From NCBI RefSeq assembly GCF_009914755.1, contig NC_060931.1: 64,000 bases of DNA; one strand, written 5' to 3'. This DNA comes from the human T2T-CHM13v2.0 reference genome, Homo sapiens. Of this stretch, positions 36,789 through 63,359 are shown in pieces (the stretch's first letter is position 1; the number at the start of each line of letters is the position of its first letter). Made by a program: the position numbers and the translations under genes. The notes under the pieces are model-generated. The model saw only the letters and a list, made by a program, of their open reading frames with translations, ran no database searches and was not told where the DNA came from.

Positions 36789-37024
36789 ACAGGTTGTGTA
36801 TCACTTATCCAAAATGCTTGGGACCAGAAGCGTTTTGGATTTGGGGCTTTTTCAAATTTTAGAATATTTGCATTGCTCATCAGTTCAGCATCCCTAATCT
36901 GAAAATCCAAAATCCAAAAATTGGTTCAATGAGCATTTCCTTTGAGCATCATGTCAGCATTCAAAGTTTCAAACTTCGGAGTATTTGAGATTTCAGATTT
37001 TTGGATTAGGGATATTCAATCTGT
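36789..37024. mobile_element. Tigger4a/MER46-like MITE with terminal inverted repeats
   Basis: ta-caggttgtgtatc ... gatattcaatctg-ta. Confidence 0.8.
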
Positions 37025-37561
37025 ATCATTATTGTTACAGTTTGGAAACAAAATGAAATAACTTGCTAGTGCCAAATAGTTAATAAGGGGTAATGTCAGT
37101 ATTTGACACTAGGCAGCATGTTCTACTGCCTTTCTAAATACCCACTCTCATTTATCCATTAAAGACTCTGTCCCCAAATTCCCAAGTACCTTCCTAATCT
37201 GGTTAACCAGGTTGGACCATATCTGACATGGGATATTTCACCAGTATCTTCATTAACAATAATACTTAATATTTTTATTCAATAACTATAAGAAAGACAC
37301 TGAGCTAGGCACTTTACATGCATTCAATGACTGCAATAATTACAAAACTCTGCATAAGATTCTTTACACAATTTTACAGATAAGTAAGTAAACAAAACCT
37401 CTGAGAAGTAACTTGCCAATGACAAATATCTCTACCAAGTAGCACAGCTACAGCTCAATCTGAATGGCAAATCTCATGTCCTTAATCATACTATACTTCC
37501 CAGACTCTGAGCAGATGAAAGGAACATGCTTCTTGACCTCTTTGTCCTGGCCCACTTAGTC

Positions 37562-37848
37562 TTTTTTTTTTTTTTTTTTGAGAAGAGTCTCACTCTGTCG
37601 CCCAGGTTGAAGTAAGTGGCACAATTACAGCTTACTGCAACTTCTGCCTGCTGGGCTCAAGTGATCCTCCCACCTCAGCCTCCCAAGTAGCTGAGACTAC
37701 AGGTGCATGCCACCATGTCCAGCTAATACATTTTTAGGAGATGAGGTCTCACTATGTTGTCCAGGCTGGTCTCAAACTCATGAATTCAAGCAATCCTCCT
37801 GCCTCAGCCTCCCAAAGTGCTGGGATTACATGTGTGAGCACCAGGGCC
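37562..37848 (-). mobile_element. AluJ-like
   Basis: Alu consensus after poly(T). Confidence 0.85.
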
Positions 37849-40800
37849 ACTGCTTTTACTGCACTACCCACAATGAGTTTCAAATGGAAAAGTAAAGGAT
37901 AAAGCAATTCAAAATTTAGAAGAGGAAGAAGAGAGAAACTAAGTTCAATAGCCTTTAATCTTGTCAGACTGAGTACTTTTACCTACCCCTAGTATCAAAT
38001 CCCCCATCTGTCCTGAAACTAAATCCTAACCTCTTTAGCAGGCTGAGAAAGAGGGAAAAAAGAACCTTTTACAAGATATATGATAATAGATCTATGTCCT
38101 TTCAAGAATAACACTGATTCAGTGAACAGTCTCAGTGAAAGTACTCAGTCAAAACCCATTGAGCAAGCTCATACAGATGAGATATTTGTAGGTTATTGTA
38201 TTGTCTTAATGATTCTAGTATCATAACACAGAGGTTATCAAAATGTCATTTAAATAAGCCTGATAAAATACAGTTTATTTCCCATAAGCAAAGTCACCTT
38301 ACTCAAATCACTGTGACTGTATGACATTGCTATGGGAGCTCTAAAAACAAACTATTGTGTAATGAGTGAGCAGTCCTTTTACTTGGTAGCAGAGGAAAAT
38401 ACAGCACCTGAGAAATATGAAAATAGTTTGGTAATACTATTCTTCCCTGGAAATTTTTCCTAAGAAGTACCCTGAAGGTGTAAATTAAGTGTATTCCCAA
38501 TTTTTCTGTGCTTCCGTAAGTATCACATACCCTTAATCTATCTCTCTTTTTTTTCAAAAGTACCAATAATTGTGAGAAAGTAGTTGTGTAACTTTGAAAA
38601 AGTCTAGGGGCAAAGGTTATAGTAGTCCATTAGAGCTTAAAATTTCCTTGAAATCTCTTATCTCAGTTCCATCAATAAATTCGTCTTGTGACCTTGGGCA
38701 AACCATAACTTCTGTGTGTCAGCGCCCTTATCTATGAAATGCAGATAACAGCAGTACCTACAACAACACAGAGTGGTTGTGAGGAATAAGTGATCTCATT
38801 AGAATCATACCTTGGCACAGTGGACACTTCAATATCAATAATAGGTAGTTGCAGTGGAATATATTTTATTACTATTCATGTTTTCTCACAGAAAAAGAAA
38901 GGACCCTAGTGTAACTACTAAGAATAAGGATCAAAGGTGAAGTAGCCTTAAGAAGGGAATAAACATTTGAAACAGGGATGCAGGGGGATGGAGTAGAAGA
39001 GTAAGTTTGGCAATTTATTGACACTAAAGGGTACTGGCCTCAAAATAAATAAAAAGGAATGTTGAAAGCAGTGAGGCTCTGCCTGAGTTTGGACATTAAT
39101 ATTAATTTCTACTCACATTTAGTAGATAATATTTACTTCCATAGCAAAATGTCAGATGGCCTATAATTACAAGACAAAATACAGCAGCCTTGTTCTAATA
39201 ACCTCAAAGTGACTTATTACTACAATTGATCCTTGCTCATTGGCCTTACTAAAGGGAAGGAAGTAGTGTCATTAATGCAAAAGAATAGAGAACTATAATC
39301 AGTCCTATCAAATCAAACTCTACTTAAACACGAAATCTGTGGAAACAACCCAAATCCAGTGTACTTCTGCATTATTAAGAAAACATTTAAGAATAATAGA
39401 GTTCAGAATAATATATATACTGGCTTAAGAAAAAACTACTCAAGATAAAAAGACTATCTGTAACATTTCATATTTCTTCAAACTAATATTTTAATAAACA
39501 CAATATTTTTTAATGTTCCAAATTAATGTCTATTTTACATTTATTTTGACTTTGAAATGCACTATACATGTTTTGCAACAATGTCGTTATCATTCCCTCA
39601 TTTTACTGCAGCTTAAGAGTAAATAACTGGATTAAAAATTTCTTTGTTCTTGTTAAAACAAAATATAATATTTACAATTTAAGGTGTTACTCTATGAAAA
39701 TAATGAAACAAGAGTAACTAGAGTCAGTAATACAACACTGTACATTAACCTAATAAGCAGGTTAAAATAACCCATGTCTTTCTTATCTTTGAGGTCTCAC
39801 TGATGAAAGCCATATATTCCGTCACTACTCATGAATGTTAAATTTCAAGCCTAACAATAAAACATTCATCAAATATTTGTTCATAAGGTTTTGAAGAAAG
39901 TCACAATAATATCTGTTTATAATAGCTAATGTCAGGTTTCTTCAGGTCTTTGGGATTGGGTTCCTACAGTATTTATAATAAAAGGATCTGAGAAGTCCTG
40001 CTTTAAAGATAATTGCTTATCTTTGCTTTACTCAGCATCTCAACTTTGTATCCGTTTCTTATTAATCTCTAGATTTTCTGAGACTAAAAGTAGTAGTATC
40101 TGACACTTTATAAGTGATCATTAAATTTTTATCAAATAAATGAATGAGGAATGCAAAGATAAGATGTAGTCTTTGCCCTTAAAAAGTTTAGTATGGTAGA
40201 AGAAGTAAGATATGCAAACAAACAACGAACAAATAAACAAGGCAGAATTTTATCAAGACCATGAATGAAATACCCCAAAGAGAAAGAATTTCAGGAAACC
40301 GAGAAATCACACCAGCCTGGAAAGGAGGTCACATTTCAATGAGGCTTTGAAAGATGGAGTATCATTTCAATAAGCATTTCAACTTTCTGGGATATCTGCA
40401 GATACAAGGGGCCACTTTTACCATTTTGTAGCAATTGTATAGAAAAGAAAGCAAAGGATTTTTAGAAACAGAATCTTTAAGTCCTTTCAGAATGTTTTAC
40501 CATGTTAGAGTTGAGGCAAGAGGAAAGCCTCAGAGGAGCTGGTGATAACATTGTGGAGCTTTTCTATCTTGTTCCTCTAACTCCTTCCTTCGTTTTTCTC
40601 CTGGGTTTTGAAATCAATTTTGTTCAAATTCAAATCCTAGTTCAATCACATACAAGTATGTGACCTTGATCAAGATACTTACTCTATTAATTAAATGCAC
40701 TGGGCTTGACATTTTAAAAAGCAACTCAAATGAAACCTATTATTAAGAGATGAGACAGTAACAAACTACAGTTCTTAACTAAAATACATATTAGTGTCAT

Positions 40801-41413
40801 CCCAGGAGCTGTTTCAAAATAGATGAATATTCCATCCTTGACCCAAAGCCCAGAATATCTAGGCAAGTGTTTCCAGGACTACTTTGAAGAAGCTTCCCAA
40901 AATGATTTGAAAGGTAGATGAAATTAAGAAATTCTTATGTTCATGTTGTCCTCTCCATAAAAAGAAAATTAAGAAATTCTAGTAAATAAAGGATGACATA
41001 GGGCAATATGCCAGATTACATCAACATTTAAAGGTGGCCCATAGGAAAGGATCCTAATAAAGCAGCTTCAACACAACCAGGTAAATCAGGAGGCAACAGC
41101 ACAAAAAGTGAGGAAGAGTTTCAAGGAAAAATGGTCAATAATGCCAAATAAGTTAAAGAAAAATACAATCAGAATGCCTTTTACTGACCTTTAATAAAAG
41201 TAGTTTTGCATTAAGGGGAGAAGCCAAATGGTGAGAAATTAAGTGCTGGATGGGAAATTTAAAAGTAGAAGTTTATTTTTTCTTTATATCTGGCTGTAAA
41301 ATGAAGAAAAGATATCACACCAAAATGTTTTGCCAAGGGAGGGCGCTATTCTTTGTTTTACTTTTTCATAAGCTTAATCTGGTGAAGATTTAATCTGTGA
41401 AGAACAATCCAGA

Positions 41414-41747
41414 TCAGGCGTCCCCAACCCCCAGTCCGTGGCCTGTTAGGAACCGGGCCACACAGTAGGAGGTGAGTGGTGGTGAGCTTTACTGCTGGAG
41501 CTCCGCCTCCTGTCAGATTAGCAGCAGCATCAGATTCTCAAAGGAATGCAAACCCTATTGTGCACTGCGCATGTGAGGGATCTAGGTTGCGTCCTCCTTA
41601 TAAGAATCTAATGCCTCATGATCAGTTTCATCCTGAAACCATCCATCACCCATCCCCTGCCCCCCCACACACACCCACACACACCCTGGCAGAAAAATTG
41701 TCTTCCATAAAACCAGTCCCTGGTGCCAAAAAACTGGGAGCCGCTGG
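41414..41747 (+). mobile_element. MER1B hAT-Charlie element
   Basis: caggcgtccccaacccc...ggcctgttaggaacc...ccagtccctggtgccaaaaaactgggagccgctg. Confidence 0.85.
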
Positions 41748-42819
41748 TCTGGACTACATTAGATACCAATCATTTTCAAGGCATCCCATACATATATTGA
41801 TCTGGAATTTGCTATAAGACAATTTCATCTCCTCAAAATCTATTAGTATATCCTTTAACATACACACTGATATACATGCTAACACTAAAAGGCAAGCTAA
41901 ATAGGCTCTATATAACCTGGCCCTGCAATTATCTTAAAAGAAGTTTACTTATTCTAATTACTGTAATTGCACCAGTACTAAGAACTAAGTAACAATTCTG
42001 CTCTGTAGCTAGTAGCAAACATTCCAACCAGCTACTCAATAACTACCTCATTTGCCAATTCAAACAGCTTTCACTTGCTACATGTCGGAGGCTGGGAGGC
42101 ACTAAGAGGTATGTTATGATCTTTCTTGCTATACTCAGAAATAAAAGCATACTTTATACAACCCAGTTCAAGTGGACAGCTTCATTTTTAAATCATCATG
42201 TTACCAGAGAAATCCTTGCAGCCTACTCAGAACATTTTCTTCATGATTTAGAAAATGATTATCCCAATTTTGTAGTAAAAGGTATTGCCTGACCTAGGTT
42301 AGGGTCTGCAGCGTTTCATAAGATATATACCAAGTTTCTGTAAGTTCTTTTGCTAAACTGAAAAGAGTTCAAATTGACAGTTTAGATACTGTCTCTGAGC
42401 TGTCCCTCAATGTTCCTCGAAATTCTTCCCATTACCTGAAATTCTAATTGATCATTCAATACACATTCCCCCTTAAAAATCAAGTATTTTTGTGAATACT
42501 GTTAGTCTTTCAGATCCTGGAATAAGACTTTCCCTCTAATTTCTATTTTGGGCCAGCATTAATTAAGAAAGAAAGAGTTTTAATATGGAAGAAAATAGGG
42601 CTAGTTTTGAATTACATGAATCAGAAAAAGTAGATTTTGCAGAAACATAGCAAAGGGCTCTCTAAAAGTAGAGGGCAACTTACAGCTGGCCATAGGGCAC
42701 GCTAGAGCGTAAGTAAAGGAGAAATATCAGGAAAAGAGATATTATTTTACCTGGATATCTAATGGATAGAAGAGGGGAAGCAAGGTGTTGATTTATTCTT
42801 GATCAGGTAGCATGTTCTA

Positions 42820-43326
<507 letters not shown>

Positions 43327-43513
43327 GTTCTAAGAAGTGGCTTTCAAAGCAGAAGTGGGTAGGTTTTAACTGTTTGAATTAGATAACCTATAGATTCTTT
43401 TAAGTTCTTACTTTCTATAAATCTCATATACCAAAATATATCCCCTAAGGACCAGGGGTGAACTATATGAATCATGCCAGTGATTATGTGAATTATATCT
43501 CACTGATATTTCT

Positions 43514-46468
<2,955 letters not shown>

Positions 46469-46763
46469 TTAAAAATAAATGAGTACTGCACTCATTTATT
46501 TTTAAGTTACAACATTCACAAGAAATATAACAATGAAACTGTCATTAGTGTTGTGACTATATTTAATAAAAAGCTAGGCAAAAAAAGTTTTGAAAAGAAG
46601 ACTTCTGACACTAAAAAAGTTGCAAGTACAAAATTTCAGAATAAAGAACAGTACTTTTTTTAAAATTTCAAATAAGTAATCAAAGGCACATAAATTAAAA
46701 TGTAATATCTTGGTCTAATACTGCATTAGTAAATACCAAATTTGACATTTAAAAGAGATTTCC

Positions 46764-47599
46764 GAGCAGCTGCAGACCTCGCCAAGACAATGCAGACTCC
46801 ACTGACTATTCCTGTGCCCATGCTCCAGTTACCCTGGGGCCCTGATGGCCTCAGCCTTGGCTTTGCCCCGATGGATGCTGGGGCAGTTGAAGCCAGAGGT
46901 TCCTGAAATCCAAGAGTGTCCCATACTCAAGAATCGCAGGAATCCCAGGAGCAGTGGGCTCGAGCTGCCCTTCGGGAACGTTACCTCCACAGCATGCTGG
47001 CCATGGAGTATCAACAAGTGAGCTTCATTCACATTGTACAACTATGTGCACATGGCTGCCCATTTCAGAACCACCAATCTGGACATGGCCAGCTTCTACG
47101 TGTCACAGCTCAGCTGCAGATTCCCATAGGTGAGTAGAGGTGCTGCTCTAATGTAGTGACATAATTTCATACACCTTCAAGCCATAAAGATCTGTGTTCA
47201 TCTTTCAGCTTGGGTCTAAGCCACAGTATCCCAGGCCTCCCAATTTTCCTGAGCCAGGAAATCTGGGCCTCATGGAGTTACGGGCCCCCTTGGAATTCTG
47301 AGCCAAGCTCCAATCAACTCTGGACTCCTGAGACCTCCTGGGTCTAGTCAGTAAAATTCTGCAACTCAAGGAATTCTAGGTCCCATTGGAAGGAATGATT
47401 TACCTCAAAGAACTCTGAACTCTCCAGACGTATAGGCCTGATGCCATTTCCTAAAGTCTGAGGCTTGGGGGTGGGGTAATACAGGTGGGCAAATTACAGA
47501 GTGGGAAGTTATTTATTGAAGAGGTTTCAAAGTTCAGCCACCCTGAAGATACTCCCCAGTGCTTCTCTCCTCCTAAAGAACCAACTTCTCCAGGAAAAT
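46764..47599 (+). pseudogene. GEMIN7: GEMIN7 processed pseudogene (ATG 46790 to TAA 47185-47187, several frameshifts)
   Basis: MQTPLTIPVPMLQLPWGPDG, PEVPEIQECPI, QESQESQEQWARAALRERYLHSMLAM, FYVSQL, CSDIISYTFKP* match GEMIN7; TSD AAGAGATTTCC at 46753-46763 and 47602-47612 after a TTT/AAAA site. Confidence 0.92.
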
Positions 47600-48039
47600 A
47601 GAAGAGATTTCCACTCAATACTGGCAAGGATGAGATACATATGGGCATTCACACACTATAGAAACTGTATTAGTTGGTATGACATTTTCAGTTAACATCC
47701 TTTACCATGCCATCTACTTCTAGGAATGAAACACACAGAGAAAAACACTGCAGTACTATTTTAACAATAAAGAAGTGTGTGTGTGGTGGCAGGGGGAGAC
47801 TTTCCAGGTGCAACAATGGGAGGTAGGCTAAGCTTATGATGATACACCTATAAAAATATTATTCAGCCGTTGAAAATTAGTTTTTAAAGTTCTGACACAC
47901 AGAAATGCTTGCCATAGCATTAGATGAAGAAAGTATACAAAATGAATATGCTATTACAACTATGCCTAAGATGCAGAAAATATAACAAAATTTAACAATG
48001 GTGATGTCCTCTTAAAATGCCATATACTCCTTCATATTC

Positions 48040-50482
<2,443 letters not shown>

Positions 50483-52688
50483 CTAGACTAAGTATGATAT
50501 TCTTTTCAGTGTGACAGCTGCGGCACTGAGTATTATACAGTAGATATAAAGTTAGTTTAAATACAGAAGGCTTATTTTCATGGTGTGACAAAAACATAAG
50601 TCAAAAACATGAATAAAATAAGTTCTTTTACAAAATTGCCAAAATAAACTGTAAATTCCAAATTTATACACAATAGTGAGTTACTGGTTTCAAGATTCTA
50701 ATCAATCCTATCAGACTAATAAAGTTAGCACATAAATCCAAATAAAAACTCCTGACTATTTACATGGCACTTTAAATGTACATTACTACAGCATTTATGC
50801 AATTAAACATAATTAGCAGTGTGCATTTTCCTGGAAATTCCTTTGAGGGTAGAAGTAATCATTTTCATTTTCATGTCATCTGCTTGATCAGTAATTCTTA
50901 GCACTTACACTGCTGATGTACATAAAGTTAATTACTAATCATTCAGTTAAAATTTATCCTCTGAACCAGGACAAGCATGCTATGGAAGAGCTCATCCTTT
51001 ATGTTATTGTTGTAATTATTTCCATCTGTAACATAATAAACAATTTATAGCATTCTATCATTAAAAACTTGAGTTAGTTAAGAATGAACTACAAATCTTC
51101 ACATTTGATTCTTTGATATGCACAATTAGCTCGTATTTATCATCTGCTTACTTAAAGAATTCTGGGCAGTGCAAGAAACAGAAGCCCCAAAGTCTAAAAC
51201 TTTCTTCCTTCTAAATATCAGCCTATTTGTTTCAACTGTTAGTAAATTTGGGGGACATCCTAGTTAGTTTATCAAAATATATATAAATATTATCAATGAA
51301 AACTCTGTAACACTTGTACGCATAGGCAGATAATTTTAATTTCCAAGCTAAGTTTTTTCAGAGCTTTTTATCTCCATTACTTTTTTCTATGGCAGTCCAA
51401 AATTACAATTTTACTAATGTTTCTACATTTTTAGGCATCAAAAATCTATTCTATTCACATATCAATTAATTCTATGGTACAGTTAAATATTGTGTTTTAA
51501 ACACTTCAAAATTACTTCGGCTCTTTCTTTTCCACATTTCTTCCTAAAAATTCAGTCCAAAAGTCATTACGTGAGACTGAGAAAGGTAGGTGTCCATGCT
51601 GGAGAGAAAACCACAGTGGCCAAGAACAGGGTATTACAGCCTGCAGAATGAGGAAACGTTTCTAATAGGGCGTGAGAAGAATGGACTAGCATGAGATGTC
51701 TGAGTTAAAAAGGATGAGGGGGCATCCATATGAGAAGAATGGCCTGGCATGAGACATCACAGCACAAGAGAGGTAAGCAGGGCCACTGCCTCCCCCTTAA
51801 TTACACTAATCCCCCTGCAATTAACTAATCCATCACCTCCCTCAGGTTCTTCCCTGATATTTTTCAGAGAAGAAAGGGAAGAACCTAAAGGAGGTGATGG
51901 ATTAATTACTCGAGAATTGATCAAATAGGTACACATATGGAGGATAATGGTATCTCACCATCAGAAAGACAATACAAATATGGGAGGGATGAAAATTAGG
52001 GCCCCTCTAATGATGGACTGAAATTGGAGATTGAAGTGTACACTTATATTTTTCAACACACACACACACACACACACACACAAAACATATATATAAATGT
52101 GTGTGTCTGTGTGTGTATAACATACATTTGTTACTTTCTGATATTGATGGTATATTATGGCTATATAGGAGAATATCCTTAAAGAAGAGAAATATACTAA
52201 GGTATTTAGAGGGACAAAAGAGAAGCATCCATCTCAAATATCTTTAAAAAGGTTATATACTGTACTTGTAACTTTTGTTTAGAATTGTTTCAAAATTTAA
52301 AATTAATACATTATTTTCAGCACAGTAATCACTATAAATGATGATGCACACTTTTAATTATATAAAGTACTTTGTACCTACAATTTTCAATATTTTAGGT
52401 AGATAACCTCTTTGAGATTCTAAATATGTAATCTGTCTCCAGAATATAAAGACATGATAAAAATCTCAATTATATTTCAGAAAGTTTGGCAAGTCAGTGA
52501 ACCCATTCAACATCCCCCTTCCCTGCTAAAAATTTGACCCACAGACTTCAGAACCCTAGCCACTGCTTTAAATTCTCACTCCTATATAATAAAATAGACC
52601 AAAAAAACCCCCCCCAAGACCTAGATACAAATACATAAAAATTATTACTTAAAATGTGGTTGTTTTTTTTTTTTTCTTCACAAAGTTT

Positions 52689-53042
<354 letters not shown>

Positions 53043-53812
53043 TCATGGGAGACAGGTTATACCTTCCCAATATTTAAAATAATTCTAAGGTTCCGTAGCT
53101 CAATAGTGAAACAAATAACGATATCCTGGCATAAAACTATCTTTCAGACAAAATCCACCTGCTGTGTATTAAAAAATGTAATAATTGAAAACTTCCTGCC
53201 TTGGGAGAGAATAAACCTGATTCGTAATACAAAAACCACTCAATCTACAAATGCGTTGAACAGAAAGATGGACTAAATATAAAGAGGGAACTTCTGACCT
53301 CCTTTGGTGCTAGACTGCCTGTAGTCATAGCTAGGCAGGAGGTGATATTATTATCTCATATTTAAAATTATATTTCAGGCATATGTGATACAGTCACCTA
53401 AGAAAAAGATGGACCCACTTGACCCACAGTAGTATTTGGCCTCCATGCCCTAGGCTAGGAAAGATTTAGAAATTACCGATTGTGGATAAAGAAAGAGCAG
53501 TCTTCCTTGCCAAGATGAAAACTACATAATAAATGAGTCTCCTATGTGAGAATTACATTTCCACCTGTAAAGAAGTTGCATTAACATGTATTCCCTTGAT
53601 GTCCTTGTCTTCCATTCAGTGCTCAGTTCTTTTAAAATTTAATGTTGACAGACTATGTGGCCTTCACATTTCTGTCCCAACATCTAGCTAATTAAAATTA
53701 ACTAATATGATATCATTTTTACTTCAGTACACCTATCCAATCAATCTTGAGTATATTCAAAACCAAGAGAAAAATTTCTGTAGGTCTGACAAGCATGACT
53801 ACCCTTACCTCT

Positions 53813-54610
53813 CTGGGTAAGGTGGCTCACATCTGTAATCCTAGCACTTTGGGAGGCCGAGGCAGGTAGATTGTTTCAGCTCAGGATACCCAGACCAGCC
53901 TGTGCAATAAAGTGAGACCGTGTCTCTAAAAAAAATACAAAAATTAGCTGGGCATGGTGGCACCTATAGTCCCAGCCACTCTAGAAATAGCTACTGTAGA
54001 AAATATTTGCAAATTATATATCTGATAAGGTATATCTGATAAGGCTTTTTCTTTCCATTGCAAGGGTAATGGTGAGGTGGGAGGCTCTGGTGGGAGGATT
54101 GTTTGAGTGTGGGTGGCAGAGGTTGCTGTGAGCTGAGATCGTGCCACTGTGCTCCAACCTAGGTGAAGAGCCAGGCCCTGTGCCCAAAAAAAAAAAAAAA
54201 ATTGTAACTCTATGCTTAACCTTTTCCATTAGCGGTTTCTACCAGCAAAATAAATCTCTTTTCCACCACGACCAAAGATTTTTCCACATCTTTGCCAACA
54301 CTTGTTCTGGCTGTCTTTTTAAATTTCAGCCACTCTGGTAGGTGTGGCATGGTATCTCATTGTGGTTTTGATTTTCATGTCCCTGATGGCAAATGGTGCT
54401 GAGCATCGTTTCATGTGCTTATTGGCCGTATGTTTATCTGCCTTGGCAAAATGTTCATTCAGACCCTTTGCTAACTGTTTTACTTGGGTCATTTTATAAA
54501 TAAAATTATTAACTTGTAAGAGTTTAACAGATGTGTCTTATCAGAAATGTAATTTGCAAATATTTTCTCCCATTTTACGGGTTGCCTTTTTACTTTCATA
54601 TGGTGTCCTG
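53813..54610. mobile_element. AluJ-like (+, to ~54200, interrupted) followed by an old L1M fragment (-) that ends abruptly near 54610
   Basis: Alu motifs; L1 motifs tggtatctcattgtggttttg and tttgcaaatattttctcccatt. Confidence 0.75.
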
Positions 54611-55244
54611 TGAAGGACACACACGTATGCTCGTGCTCTCTCTCTCTCTCAAAACTTTTGGACCAAAGAGGGAAGTATAACTGTGATTTATTAAGCAGCC
54701 CCATTGAGGGCTAACAGCACATTTCTGACCACTTTGTATGCTGGTGCCAGCCGGGGGTGCCCCAGCGGGTGCTCCCTGGGGTGTCTGCTTCAGGGCTGCT
54801 GCAAGGGTGCAGGGCAGGGCTCCTCCAGCTGGGAAACCATGGAATAGTTGGCAGCTGCTTTGTACGTCTTGAGAGACAAAAGAAAGCTCAAAATCAAGAG
54901 CAAACACTGGGTTTGCACTGAAAAGAAATATATCATTTCCTTGAAGAGAAAAATTCAAGATGTGAAAAATGGAAGCAAGAAAAGAAGAACTATGAAGAAA
55001 AGAGAGATTAGAATACCAACTGCTGTAGATCATTTCATGTCCCAATTATCTCCAAGTTCTTCCACCTTCTGGGATCACCAGCTGTTTTAACACCCAAAAT
55101 ATATGAAAGCTATGTGTTGTAATCTGTAGGGTAACCGTTAAAAGAACAGGATCTGTAACTTGGCAAGAGAGGAAAAAGCTAGGATGGTAAAAAAGTCTAT
55201 CAATCCAAAAGGCAAGAAAAAAGAGAAAAAGAAACATGCTGGCA

Positions 55245-55420
55245 TATTATTATAATTATTGTATTATTTGTTATTCCTGTTAATTTTTTACTGTGCCTAA
55301 TTTATATATTAAACTTTATCGCAGCTATGTATGTATAGAGAAAAATACATCTGTGGTTTCAGGCATCCACTGAGGGTCTTGGAACATAATCCTTCCCCCA
55401 GATAAGGGGGTACTACTGTA
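55245..55420. mobile_element. MER2 (Tigger) fragment within old L1M sequence
   Basis: actgtgcctaattta...ggtttcaggcatccactgagggtcttggaac...gataagggggtactactgta. Confidence 0.75.
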
Positions 55421-56187
55421 ATTATATTATATGTCATATTAAGCATATATTAATTCTACTAGGTAGCAGCCACATTATATATTAATTATATTAAATATAT
55501 ATCATACAGATTTATTTTAAGGAATTGACTCATAATAGAAGAGGCTAGCAGGCTGGAGATTCAGGAAAGAGTTGTAATTCAAGTCCAAAGGCAATCTGCC
55601 AGAGAATTCCCTCTTGCTTGGGGGAGGTCAGCTTTTTATTCTATTCAAATTTTTGATGAAAATAGAAAGCAAAGAGTATATTAACTATATTATACAAACT
55701 AAATGCTCCAATTAAAATACAAAAATTATAAAACCTAATAATAAAAAACCTAAATTATATACTGTTTAAAAGAGACATTTTTAAGCTTAAGGATATAGAA
55801 AATTTGAAAATAAAAGAATAGAATAAAATAAGCCATTAAAATACTAGTGTAACACTGATGTGGAAACCTGACAAAGCACACAAAAAAGAAAATAATTTTA
55901 ACTGCAAAATTTTAAAATCCAAGCAAAGAGAAAGCAGCATATGTTATAATTATATCACAACATGATCAAGTAAGGCATACTTCAAAAATATAACAAAAAA
56001 ATTTAAACATGGCCCATTATTAGGAAACATACTAATAAAAATCCTCACAAAAAAATAATTCAAAATCTAAAAAGCCACATGATAAGCCTGATGAATATTG
56101 GTTTACAGAACTGATTTTCTAGAAAACAGGTTTATAAAACTGGTTTTCTTTAAAAAGGCAATCTTGGGGAAATAACCCATTTACTCA

Positions 56188-61900
<5,713 letters not shown>

Positions 61901-62532
61901 ATGGAAATAAAGGAAGCAAGGAAGGGCTTCTCCTCCAAACACTACCACTCCATCTTGGGCAGTTACATGATTCGAGGAAACATGGAAAATCTACCTTGAG
62001 TACCTTTTTGGATGTATGCTAATGGGAAAACAAATCTCATTAATTAACTCATAGAACGGCTAAGAGGAAAGAATCTTAGGGGATGTGTGGTTTCACTCCC
62101 TAATTTTAAACATGAGGAAATTTGGTACCAAAGAGATGAAGTAACTCAGCAGGTAGAGAGAGAAGAGCCTCTCTTACCACAAGGGGTCTCTCATTGGAAA
62201 ATGGGCAAAACTCGTTCCCTGCCTGCATTCTCCAAGATCGTAGCCAACATAGAATAGAAGTGTCTCCCCTTCAGAGGACAACTGGTTTGTCCTTTGCCTT
62301 TTACACCCCTTTCAGCAAGCAGTATTTCTCAGCTTTGTGTTTGTGCAAACTCTTGAGTAGCACAAACTCCTGAGCTAAGAGACACTCCACTCTGTTTGCA
62401 ATTGAGGGCAAAGGCTGGGATGCTTGGGCACAGCTCCAGGCTCCTTTCCCAGAAGTCTGGGGTGGCAGAAAAAAAAAGAATGTATTTTTCACACACTGAG
62501 TAGAGATGTGGCTCATCATGTAGAGGTAAATT

Positions 62533-63165
<633 letters not shown>

Positions 63166-63216
63166 GATGCGTTTTTATTAGATAATTAAATTATTTGATA
63201 TTTTAAAAATTATTGA

Positions 63217-63264
63217 TTTGCCATGACTTTTAATGGCAAAAACTGCAATTACTTTTGCACCAAC
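63217..63264. mobile_element. Truncated MADE1 (Hsmar1 MITE)
   Basis: tttgccatgacttttaatggcaaaaactgcaattacttttgcaccaac; the left inverted repeat is mostly missing. Confidence 0.85.
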
Positions 63265-63359
63265 AAAATAATGTCTTTGGTTTTCTTTTCATGCTCTCTT
63301 TTCTTGTGTTTTCTAGGTTTTTTTTTTTTTTTGCTTTTGTTATTATATGCTTTGATTCC

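Noticed and set aside
52056-52120. (CA)n followed by (TG)-rich sequence forming a potential hairpin
   Set aside because: A common compound microsatellite arrangement with no other support.
63217-63264. Possible miR-548-type hairpin from MADE1
   Set aside because: One arm is mostly deleted, so a pre-miRNA-length stem cannot form.
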